Both the position numbers and the translations under genes were made by a program. The notes below the pieces were generated by a model. The model worked only from the letters and a program-made list of their open reading frames with translations, did no database searches and was not told the DNA's origin. A stretch of 62,000 nucleotides of DNA from Vicugna vicugna (Eukaryota): positions 1,131,513 to 1,193,512 of the forward strand of contig MU057989.1 in NCBI GenBank assembly GCA_013265495.1, written 5' to 3'. Shown in pieces: positions 45,158 through 56,300 of the stretch. Within the stretch, counting starts at the first letter, position 1; each line of letters begins with the position of its first letter.

Positions 45158-45309
45158 ATTTTTTTTTTAAGGTTTTTTTTTTTTAAGCTTTTTAGGGGGG
45201 AGGGAGGTAATATTTATTTATTTATTTTTAATGAAGGAATTGAAGATTGAATCCCAGACCTCCAGCATGCTAATAAGCATACACTCTACAACTGAGCTGT
45301 ACCCTCTCC
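45158..45309 (-). mobile_element. tRNA-derived SINE (Vic-1-like, long-tail form) inserted in an old L1 3' end
   Basis: Same head as the other copies plus a TTACCTCCC tail motif and poly-T on +. Confidence 0.8.
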
Positions 45310-46163
45310 GCTGAATGCTTCACTTTTAAATACTTAATTTTAAGTTATGTGAATTTCACTAAAAAGTACTAAAAAAAAAAAATGCAGACTCCTGCCTGCC
45401 TTTCTATTCAACAAATTCATGTCTAGAGGCATTCATTGTGGGGTGAGATGTGAACCAGCTCTTCAGCTCTGGCCTCAGTCCCCATGTGCCTGTCACATAC
45501 CAGAGGAAAAGCAGGTTGAGAAAGACATGCTCTAAAGTAGTCTCTGGTCATGAAGAATTAAGAAATTTAAAGAACCAGCTCCATACCAATTAAGCTGCAG
45601 TCACCTTGTGCCATTATGATTTCCAACTTTCAGAAGAGAAAACTGAGTCTCAGACATCAAGTGCTTTGCCCAGTTTGGACCTGACCGCTGGCGGACCAAC
45701 TCCAGGACCTGAGCTCTTAAACACACCATGAGGGAGTGCTCCCTTCCCTTCTATAGATGAGGATACTGAGGTTCAGAGAGGTCACACAAGCTAAGGAAGT
45801 GGCAAAGCCTAGTGATCATTCAGGACCCCTGAACATCCTGTGTCCTTTCTCTAGGAGATAGGAACCTATGGTCTGGTTGTTCATTCTCTCCTTGCCTCCC
45901 ATAAAGGAGTTGGGAGCCCCTCATCCCACCCCTAACACCATCTCACATCTCTGCAGAACACCCAAAATCATTTCAGGGAATCTGAGGACCCTGATTGCTC
46001 AATCACACCACATGCAAGTTGAGGGAGTCATCATGCTTACCGACATCCAATCCTCCCCAGTGGGCCCAAATAGCAACCCCTACTCTACCCTAGTAAGCCT
46101 TTCCCAGCTCCTTAGGACAGCATGCATCCAGGAGACACAGAATCTAAAAAACAAAGTACAAAC

Positions 46164-46169
46164 TTTATT
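46164..46169 (-). terminator. Probable TFAP4 polyadenylation signal (AATAAA)
   Basis: TTTATT on +, ~970 nt beyond the stop, followed on - by GTTTGTACTTTGTTTTT. Confidence 0.75.
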
Positions 46170-46324
46170 TTGTTTCTTTATAAAGGCACAGTGGCCTCTT
46201 GGTTTTTACCCCCCACTTTCTTAACAAAATATAATAGCTTCTCCTTGAACACAAAAAAAGACCTCAAAATTGTAAAAAACAAAACAACAAAAACCCAAAA
46301 AAAAAAAAAACAAAAACCAAAAAA

Positions 46325-46424
46325 NNNNNNNNNNNNNNNNNNNNNNNNNNNNNNNNNNNNNNNNNNNNNNNNNNNNNNNNNNNNNNNNNNNNNNNNNNNN
46401 NNNNNNNNNNNNNNNNNNNNNNNN
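46325..46424. other. Assembly gap (100 N) inside an A-rich low-complexity tract of the TFAP4 3' UTR
   Basis: Run of exactly 100 N flanked by A/C-rich runs. Confidence 0.99.
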
Positions 46425-47136
46425 AAAAAAAAAAAAAAAACCAAAACCAAAAAAGAACCAACAACAAACAAAACAAAAAGAGAGAGACAATGACTTTTTT
46501 GGGGTGTAAGATGGGAAACCTGGAGGGAGAGGTGAGGGCCCGGAGGTGGTGGAGAGTGGTGGTTCCTAGTGCTGAGACAAGTCGGGGAGGGGAGGGAAGA
46601 AGGGCAGCAGCAAACCCCAACCGAGAAGCAACTTAGACCCCCGGACCCTCCTCGGAGAGCCCTGACCCCAGCTGGACCCCCAACCCATGTAAGTGCTTAA
46701 AGGAGGAAGAACACCAAAAAGAGGAGGGAAGGAGGGAGTTAAAAACTGACCGTCGTAGGGCTGGCTCTGGGGAGGGCAGAAATACATTGGGGTTTTGTTT
46801 GATTTTTTTCCCTGTTCTTAAAAACATGGTTCAATGAAAAAAATGCTTTTTGGCGGAGAGAGGCCAGGCACCTCAGTGTCCGCTTCCCCAGCCTCCGGGG
46901 CCGAGGCCCAGCCCCAGGTGTCCCGGTGCTCCCACGTGCTCCTGCCACCCCAGCCCGGACCTCGGGTTGGGTGGCTTTGCTCAAAGGTCGATTTACAGTA
47001 TTGAAAAAGAGGTCATAAAAGAGACCCAAATGATGCCGTAATTTTGTAAAAATTCCTCATTCGTTCACCCTCGTCTCTCCCAGTTGCTACCCCGCCCCCT
47101 CCAGCCCCCAGAAGGGAGAGGAGGGCTGGGGGGTAG

Positions 47137-47331
47137 TCAGGGAAGCCCCCCGTTCCCCGCCGGCTCCTCCCGGCTCTGGTCCATGGCGTCGCTGTCCGAG
47201 GCCTCTGAATCAGAGGCAGTGTCGGAGGCGTGGGCCTCGGGGCAGCTGCGGACTGGCTTCACAATGACCGCTCGCCGCTGCTCCTCCTCCTGCTCCTGCC
47301 TTTCCTGGGTGCCCTCAATGTGCTGGATCGC
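47137..47331 (-). CDS. TFAP4: TFAP4 exon 7 coding part (AIQHIEGTQ...GGLP*)
   Basis: ccccag/ acceptor, TGA stop at 47137-47139. Confidence 0.95.
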   Translation of the reverse strand, partial: AIQHIEGTQERQEQEEEQRRAVIVKPVRSCPEAHASDTASDSEASDSDAMDQSREEPAGNGGLP

Positions 47332-50300
47332 CTGGGGGAGAGGCTGCAATAAGGATGGCGGGACCACGTGGACAGCCATCTTCCCCACCACCCACAAACA
47401 GCCCCCAGAAAGGTCCAGAAGCAAGCCTGGTAAAACACCAGCCGCCTACCAGAGTCAGGAGAAACAAATTCTAGAAGCCCTCTGCTGAGCTGAAAACAGC
47501 TGGAGGAGAGGACAGTGCCTGGCTGCTTGTAAGTCACAAGTATATTTCATTTATTTGTATATTTCAAAGCCTGTCTGTTCACTTATGGAAGGTCTCTGTT
47601 ATTAATTTTATGATTCAATTTGTTGGGTTTACATCCAACTTAAATTTCAGGGCTTCATGCACCTCTTTTCTGTTTCAGTGTTTTGGGTTCAGTTGTTTCT
47701 TTCTTTGCAGTGTTGTCTCTGCCTGAGACTGGGCACAGCTGTAACTTAAGGACTGATCCTCAGAGCTGATCATCTCTTTTCTTCCTCCTCTTTAGGAGGC
47801 TGCCACCTCCACCCACATCCCAGGTCCTGGACCAACCCAAGAGCTGGATGCAGGAACTCTGAAAGCAGGAGGCTCTGAGAACAAAGAACCCGCTCAGCAA
47901 ACTCCACATGGAGGGAAGGAGTGGGGTCTTCCAGGCCATCCTGTTCCCACTCTGCACCCCTCACCCTAGATGCAGAGATGGAGACCCATCTGGCTTCCAG
48001 ACTTCCTCGCCACAACGCTCAAACCCTGTCTCAATCCCCTCCAGTCTCCCACTTTCTAAAATCCCCTCAAAGGGCCTGTTCCCAGATGATGACTCCCAAA
48101 TGCTGCCCCCTCCCCAAGCTCAGATACCTGCACGATGGTGTCCAGATTTTGCCGGGATGTGGAAACAGAATTGATGACCGAGGAGGGGCCCATGGTGACG
48201 ACGTTGATGTGGTGGGAGGGTGGGGGCGCCGGTGCCGGCACGATCACCGTGGGGTGGTGGGTGGGGGCCGGAGTAGGCAGGAGCTACGAGACAGAGGCCC
48301 TCAGCCTTTCTCCAAAGGTTCTGGGAGCTGCCCCTTCCCTTCCATCCATCACAGAGGGTGTAGGACTGCCCTCCAAAACCATCTCCCTCTGCCTACTGCC
48401 TGGAGAGCCTCCACCAACCACTCCAACCCATTAGCCTCCTTCACTCAGTGGGGCTGCCCAGTTTGTGACCCTCTTATTTAAGAAATGAAGAAAAGCCGCC
48501 TGGAGAGGGGCTTCCCACTGCCTGAGATTGAGTGGCCCTCCCTCTCCAGAGCCAAGCTGCAGTTCACATCTAATAAATACAGTGGTGATACGGAGTTTAG
48601 ACTGAATTTAGGCAGCCAGGGTTCAAATTCCTGTAAATCGTTAGGGGTCTTGGGAATGTTATTAAACCTTTCTGGATCTTCATTTCCTCATCAGTAAACT
48701 AGGAGTAATAACAGCTCAGGCCTCAAAGGGCTGCTACAAGGATTCAATGTAACAATGTATGCAGGACACCTGAAGTCAGAACCCTCCACATGACCATGAC
48801 TGATGCCCTGGGTCCACCCTGCGGCACCAATGTTGAGTCTGAGAGAGCCAGCGCAGGCCCAAACAGCCCCTCGGGGCACGTCCTGCTCACCTGGGTCCGC
48901 AGGTGCTGCTGCTCCCGCTCCAGCTTCTCCTGGTGCAGCAGCCGCACCTGCTCCTGCTGCTGCTGCAGCTGCACCTGCTGTGCGATCACCTTGAGCTTTT
49001 CCGGGTACATATGGGCCTCCAGCGAGCGCACCTGGCGGTTGGAGTGGCAGGATCAGGGACAGGGCCCAGACCACACCCTGCCCCCACCACCACTGCACAC
49101 GGGGCCCTCAGACTGCCGAGGTCAGTCTCCCTGCTCCTATTCACTCCTGCTGCAAACTCTAGCAGAGACAGCCACCCTCCCCATCCTCGGTGTAGAGACC
49201 AAAGTCCTCACCCATAGCCCACCAGGCCTGCCGTGACTCTTCTCACCTCCAGCCATGGTGCTCCCTTCCTGCCTCCCTCTAGCCCCCAGGCCTTTGCCCA
49301 TGCTGTTTCCTCTACCTGGAGCACCCTTCTCCCCTCTCTGCACCATTAGCTTTGAGACTCACCCTCCCAACCTCGGCTCAGCTACTTTCAGAGTAGCTAT
49401 GGGGCGGCCTCTCTGAAACCAGTCCAGCACCCTCCTCACCCACTGTTCCCTCATGGCCTTTATCACAGCTGTATGTTTACAATGTGAGATTGTAACTGAC
49501 TCATTTCCCCCCATGCAGACGGTGACCCCCAAGGGTAGGGACCTGTCTGATTTGCTCCCCAATGGACGCCCCACTCCGAGGCCTGGCACAAAGCAGAAGC
49601 TCCTATAAGTAACTGCTCAGAGGGAGGAAAGGAAGAGAGACAGTCTGCATCCCATGCCCGCCTCACCTGCTCCTCCAGCATCATGCGCACTGAGCGCTCC
49701 TTGTCCAGCTGCTGCCGGAGCTCGATCATCTCCCGCCGCAGGTCCTCTGCCTTCTCGTCCTCCCAGATGTCCGGCGAGCCAATGCCCTCATCCTTGTCCT
49801 CTGCCCGCCGCCGCTTGGGGGATGAGCCGCTCAGCTCCTGGGGACCCCAAGAGGATCGGTGAGTGTGCCGTGACACAGCATATACCACCACCACCGCCAG
49901 GGAGGTGGGGAGCTCCGTTAAGATCCCAAAGCTGTCAAACCCAGGTGCACTGGCACTAGGGAGCCCCCTTCTGCAAATCCAGCAGCCAAAGGCCAGAAAG
50001 GGAGGCGAATGGATCTGCTTCCCAAAAGCCACCCGGTTCCTTCCAGAGCCCACTCCACTGCCCGTGACTGTTGCTAACCCAGGGTTAGGGCAGGAAGGCA
50101 AGTTCCGGAAGTAGGCAAGTCAGTGGGGAGGAAGGGCCCTGTAGACACATCACAGTCCCAAGCCAGCAGTGGGGCCCTGACACGCCCATGCCAGGGAGAG
50201 GGAGCCAGGAAGAGGGCACAGGGCGCTAAGGTGACTGGAGGCCTCCACAGGGTGCTACCTGGATAAAGCGCTTGAGCTGTGTATTCTGCTGCAGGAGCCT

Positions 50301-53300
50301 GGTCTTCTCCTGTTCCAGGGAGAAGATGTATTCCGCTGTCTGCTGGAGAATGGCTGCCTAAGGCCAGTAGGGACGAGTCAGGAATCCAGACTGACATCGT
50401 CTCCCGAATCTCTCCCCTGCTCCAGCCCACCACCTCCTCCAGCAAGTCCTGGCTCTCGCCCACCTTGCTGAGCTTCTCTCCATCTGTGTGTGGGATAAGG
50501 GTCTTAAGGGACTGGAAGCCCGCATTGATGCTCTGCATGCGCCTCCGCTCGTTGCTGTTGGCGATCTCCCGCCGAATCCGACGCTCCTGGTCCCGCTGAG
50601 TCTCAGGCGTCAGTGGAATGTTGGCAAGGCTGCGGGGAGGACAGGGACAGGCTCAGGCTAGGTGCCCTCTGTGCCCGGCCCCCAACCTCCAGAGGGACCT
50701 GAGTGTAACTTGCATCCCTCCAGCTACACAAGATACCAGCTCTCTGATGCCTACACCCCCAGCAGATAGGGGGGTGATGGAGTAGTGTGCTGGCCAGCAG
50801 GTCTGAGTAGGACCCAGAAACCCACATGGCTAAGAATCTCTGTGATTCGGATGCAGGTGGCCTCAGATGATAATGACCCGAGACACCTGCTCTTGGGATA
50901 CCTCTGAACTCCTTGCTATGCATCTGGACCCCCTCCTTCAGGGTTGCAGGCTTGAGAACTGAGGAAGATATCCCTCTTCCCTTCCCATCCACACAGCCGC
51001 AAGCTCCGACATAAGCCTCCAGCCCGGCCCTAGACCATGCGCTAAGACTTCAAGGACAAGACAGGTACCACTCACTCCAGGAAGAGGACCAGGCCAGCAT
51101 CCCCTGAAGCTCTCCCCCTAGCCCACCCACCCTGTAGCAGAGAAGTGGGGCTCCCAGAATGCAGTAGGCAATGTTATTGCCTATTATGTGATTGCATCTT
51201 GCAGGAGCGGCAGCCAGTGGGGTGAGAGAGAAGGCAGCCAGCAGAAGGGGGCGAGGCTGCGGGCGGAGAGGCGTTGGCGGGAGGCAGAGACAGCAGCGGG
51301 GGCCCATTGCCACCACTCCTGAGGGGTGGGCCTGTGTGTGGCCTCGAGGAGGCACACTCCCCTTCCAGGCCCTCTCCTGCAACTCCCCCATCCCTGGCCT
51401 GATGGCTTCCAGATGCTAGGCTCCCAGAAGAGGCCACCAGCCCCACCCAAAGCCACAGCCCCGGCTTCTTCCTGAGGGGCCCTCCCGGGATGACCTGGTC
51501 CAGGCCTGGGCCAAGGTAACTCACACCCCTGGGTCTGTGGGGAATGGGGAGAGGACTCTGGGCAGCCTTGTTCCAGGGAGGGGAGGCCTGGGCTCAGAGA
51601 GGTGCCCATCCCCAGGCAGAAAGGAGTCTTCTCGGAAACCCAGGAGGGGAACACATCTGCAACAGCTGGAGACTGCTGAGGCCTTCCCTGACCCCCCAGC
51701 CCACCTCATCTGCCCCACCTCAGCTCCCTGAGGGACCCTCACTCACCCCTGCCTCTTCCTGGGTCTTGACCTCCTCTCCTGTCAGAGAGGGTGGTCAGCT
51801 GGGGGTAGGCCGGGAGTAGGCTCTGCATCAGCCACTGCTGGGGGTCCACAGACAAGCCCTCTCCTCCACTGGCCCCCCCAAGAGCTCCCTGGACCCCCTC
51901 CCCCAAGATACAGTTCCCTCGCAGCCCTGGAAAAGGGATCCATGACCACCATTTACAAATGGGACTTAAGGCTCAGAGCACAAGGAACACAGTTTTAGGG
52001 TCCTGGGCACCTGGCCCCCCTACTTCTGGGCACCTCACTTCTCCCAGCTTCCCTGCCCCTGCACTGGAGGTGACAGGGCAGTAGATGGCCCGCCTGCTCT
52101 TTGCAGAGGGAGGAGGGCGAGTGGGCATCAGAACGGAGCCCAGGATACTGGGCCTGGCAGTGCTCTCCAGATCTGCTTGGGCGAGTGGATTAAAGAGATG
52201 GGGAGAGATGTCCCCAGAAAGCCAAGTCACCAGGTGACTGAGATCTGTTTAGGGGCATCCCCACCCCCCACCCCAGGAGAGGTACGGAGAGAGGACCCCT
52301 CCTCACCCAGTCCCTGGGTCCCTCCTGGTGATGCCCAAAGGCCAGAGCTGACCAGAGTGACAAAGGGTCAAAAAGGAGCCCCATCTCCACCCCGGCCCCC
52401 CAAGTGGTGGCCCTTCCAGAAGGCCCATCTGGAGAGCCTAGCAACAGAGTTATTGTTTTAAAAAGTCTTTTGAATTCTTAATATAATGTGCTAAGGACTC
52501 ACTTTGCTGGAATTCTCTCACTGAAGGTCTCACTCTTCACCTGAGTTAAGCAGGCTTATGGGATGAGGAAGGACACAGGGCCTCAGGAAGGGAAGAGCTA
52601 CAATAAATGCTGGGGCTGGGATTTGAACCCTGATCCCAGAGCCCTGCTTACCCACAGGGTAGAGGGGGCTCTGCACCATCCCACAGAGCCAGACGCCCTG
52701 AAGGACAGGTGACAGTTACCCCTGTAGAAAGGACTGAGCACAGGAACACTGGTGTGCACTGCTGTTGTGTTAGTTCCTATTTCCATTCACAGAACTTTTA
52801 ATATTTTTCCGTCTGACTCCCATGGACACCCAGTTGGGTGGCTGCGTTGCGATGAGGAGTCCAGGGTTCTCGGAAGGGAAGTGACATGTCCAAGGTCAAG
52901 GAGCCACACCAGGGCACCCCAGGCACCTGCAGGTGCCAAATACACGCTCTCCTCCCCCACCTGCTGGTGGCACTCTCTACTGGGCCCTGCCTGAAGCCTC
53001 AAGAGGCAGCATCCTGCCCCTCCTGACAAATGGTGGGACAGGACAAGGCCCAGAATTGACTTGCCCAAGGTCACACCATGACAGCACTTCCAACCCCCAC
53101 TGCCCCCTAGCCAAATCCCACCAACACTCCAGGCTGAAACCAGAACTCACGCCCCACCTCCCACCAGCCAGTTCATCTGCCCATGAAACCTCAGTCCTGG
53201 GGAACCAACCCTCAGCCCCTCCCTTCTCCCCAGGGTGCTTATGAGCTGGGGAGACACCAAAGGAGACCATAGGATCCAAAGCATGAAAGCTCCAGCCCGG

Positions 53301-56300
53301 AAGTTCTCAGAAGGAAGGAGCCAGGTGTCCAGGCAGGGAGCAAGGGCCTGCTCATCCTGGCTCTTCCAAATGTTCCCTCCTGTCCCCTTCACCACAAGTC
53401 CCTAAGCCCAGCCTCCTCGTTCTGGAATCATATGCTGATTAATCTCGTGCAGACTTCAGTCCCAAAAATCAGACCTCCACCCCGAGCCACAGTTCCTCAA
53501 AGGGACTTGGGCTGCCACCAAGACCAACTCACCTAAATAGCCCTGAAGTTTCTTTAACAAAATGCAGACTAACCAGGGGTTGATTGGTGGAATCATGGCT
53601 AACCAGGGGTTCTGATCACTGACCAACCAGGGGCTCCTATAAAGGATGGCTAATTAGCATCTCCAGCTGCTACTGTACTAAATGAAGGAGACGTTTCTAC
53701 AAATGTCTGCAAGCTTCTTATATTTCTTTCTGTGTTCTGCAGAACTAAACATGTTCACAGTCATTGTAAGGTTCTCCACATCAACTTCGGACCCCCCAGG
53801 GGAACAGTATGGCTGGTCAACTGCCACTGTCTCTCACTCCTCTCCCTCCCTGAGAGCCCTCAGCCAGCCAGTCTCCTGGGGCTGGACAGCCAATGGCCAA
53901 GGAACAGTTTGCAGATCAGCCTCAGGTGCCAAAAACCAGAGCTACCGCCCTCCACTACCAGGATACCCCCAGGACAACGCCCCCTGGAATAATGCCGGCA
54001 TCCCAACCAGAGGATCAGGGGCAGGGAGCACCCTTTTCAAGTCTAGATCCCAGCCTGCCCCGACTGGCTGGCCTGAGGGCAAAGGGCTATCTCCTATTTC
54101 CCATAGCCCTGCCCAGCTCCAGCCTCAAAGTTAGCCATTGAGAACTCTCATTTCACACTGCCCCAAAGTTACGCACCCACCTGCTACTCAATGTCTACAC
54201 ACTCGGAGGTGGGAAAGCCCACACGGGGTTTCTCCCATTCACCAAAAGGAGGAAAGGAGGGAGGAAGATGACCCTCTCACCAAGGATGCCCAAGGCCCCC
54301 ACCCTTCTCTCTGCAGCAGGTACTAAAGCAGCCTGGGGCCCTCCCCCATCCCCACTGCTTCTACCCATACCACCAGCCTCACACCTGCCCTTGGTCCCAG
54401 AACAAATCTCACACAGGCTGTTCCCATCAGAAACACTCCTCCCCACGGCTTCTACAGCCCTTTAGAGGGAGCCCTGAACTGGGTTCAAGTGGAAACTCCA
54501 GCCTTGCCACTTACTAGCTGGAACCCCAAGCTTAGCCACCTCATCTCTGGAAACCTCAGTTTCCCCATCTATAAAACAGGGGAATACTGCCTCACTTCAT
54601 AGAGTCGTGGTGAAGTTTAAAAGAGATGGAGGAGAAAAAAACAGGAGGGGAGAGAGATTGTGGATAACAGGATGCCTTGTTTTTCCAGAGTTTGTACCCA
54701 GGATTCCAGGAGAACCCATGGATCTAAGGAAACCGACAAGACCCTTTAGCACCATGAGACTTGGAGCTCTTGAAACAGGGGCAAGTTCTAGTTCATTCAA
54801 TCCCAGCACAAGGTGGGTGCGCGTAAGTTACGAGGGGCCTTGTAAATACGAGATCGGGGATTCAACACACACTCCAAAGCCCCTAATTGTTCTCTAACTC
54901 TTTCTGAGGGGAGCTGGTCTCTTTCCTCCCCACTGCATACAGTAGGTAAACTCTTTTAGACCAGCATGGTCCCACTTTTAAGAACTTGAGGGGGAAGGGT
55001 ATAGCTCAAGAGGTAGAGCGCATGCTCAGCACGCAAGAAGTCCCAGGTTCAATCCCCCGTACCTCCTCCAAGCGGAAATCAATGAAGAAACCTAATTACC
55101 TCCCCCTCAGAAAGAACTTGAATGCTATTTTAACAGCTACCAGGAACTTTTCTTATGCAGAGCCAAACTTCACAGGTGCTCCATTTTACGGAGGCTGAAA
55201 GCAGTTAGGTGACAGGTCTAAAGCCACACAGCTTGTGTGGGCGCCCCTGTGGGGTACGACCCCCACTGGACAGTATGGTCCCTTCTGGTAGATCTGGGAG
55301 ATGGAGGAGAAAGGCAGGGAGTCCTGCTAGTCAGAGGAATGAAGCAAAGTCCACCAGCCTGAGAAGCGAGTATATCCGGCCAGAAGGTCCCGCCCAAACC
55401 ACGCTCAATCCTGGACAGGTCTCCTACCTCATCCAGCACCTCCTCCTGAAACGAACAAATCCAGAGGCCCCAGCTCCACACCCAGCACCTGGGCCGACAA
55501 CTGTCTCACAGCTGGGCAGGCTGAGCAGTCCCCCTGCCCAACCCTGGAGCATGTAGCCCCTAGGGGACTGCTGAACTCCAAAGAGGGGCTTGGAACAGAA
55601 AAGAGTGAAGCCAGAGTCCTAGGGGGCTGGAAGAGAATATAGCCAAGGTCCAGGCCGGGCCACCAGAGGGTTGCCTAGTGCTAAGTCTGCCTGGGGTCAG
55701 GCCCACACTGTCCTCTCCAGCTTCTGGAGCAGCTCAGTCCACTTCCTCACCGCCCAGCCCACTCTGAGCAACCAGCAGCTCAGCATAAGAGCAGGACTCT
55801 GGGAAAAGGGTTCAAGTTCCAGCCCCATCACTTACCCTACCTGTTCCCACACAGAAATCATATAGCCACTTAATTCAGAGGAAGATTGTGACAATTCATT
55901 GAAAAAAACCTAGCAAAACGAGTCCCTACAACGTATTAAGAGCTCCAGATTTTTTTTTTTTTTTTTTGCTGATTACAGCTAAGCACTCCAGGTGGACTTC
56001 AGGGGAAAGGCCAGCACTCAGGGCAGCCCTGCTGACTGCCAACCACCTTGAACTTGAGTAGTTAACATGGGAGCCCTGGGGTAGGGAAGTGTGTACACGT
56101 GTGCAGCAACCTTCCCCCAAACTTCTTTCTGCAGCCTCTGGTGTCCACCAGCCTGGGCCACACCGCCCGCGGCTCCTCCTACCTCAGTCCCCGCCTTGCC
56201 TGCCCAGGGCGGTAGAGCACGTGGCCGCAGCTCTGGGGAGCCATTTCGTTCCTAGAGCAGCACGGTAGGAGAGGCCACAGATCCCAAACTTGGACACGCA

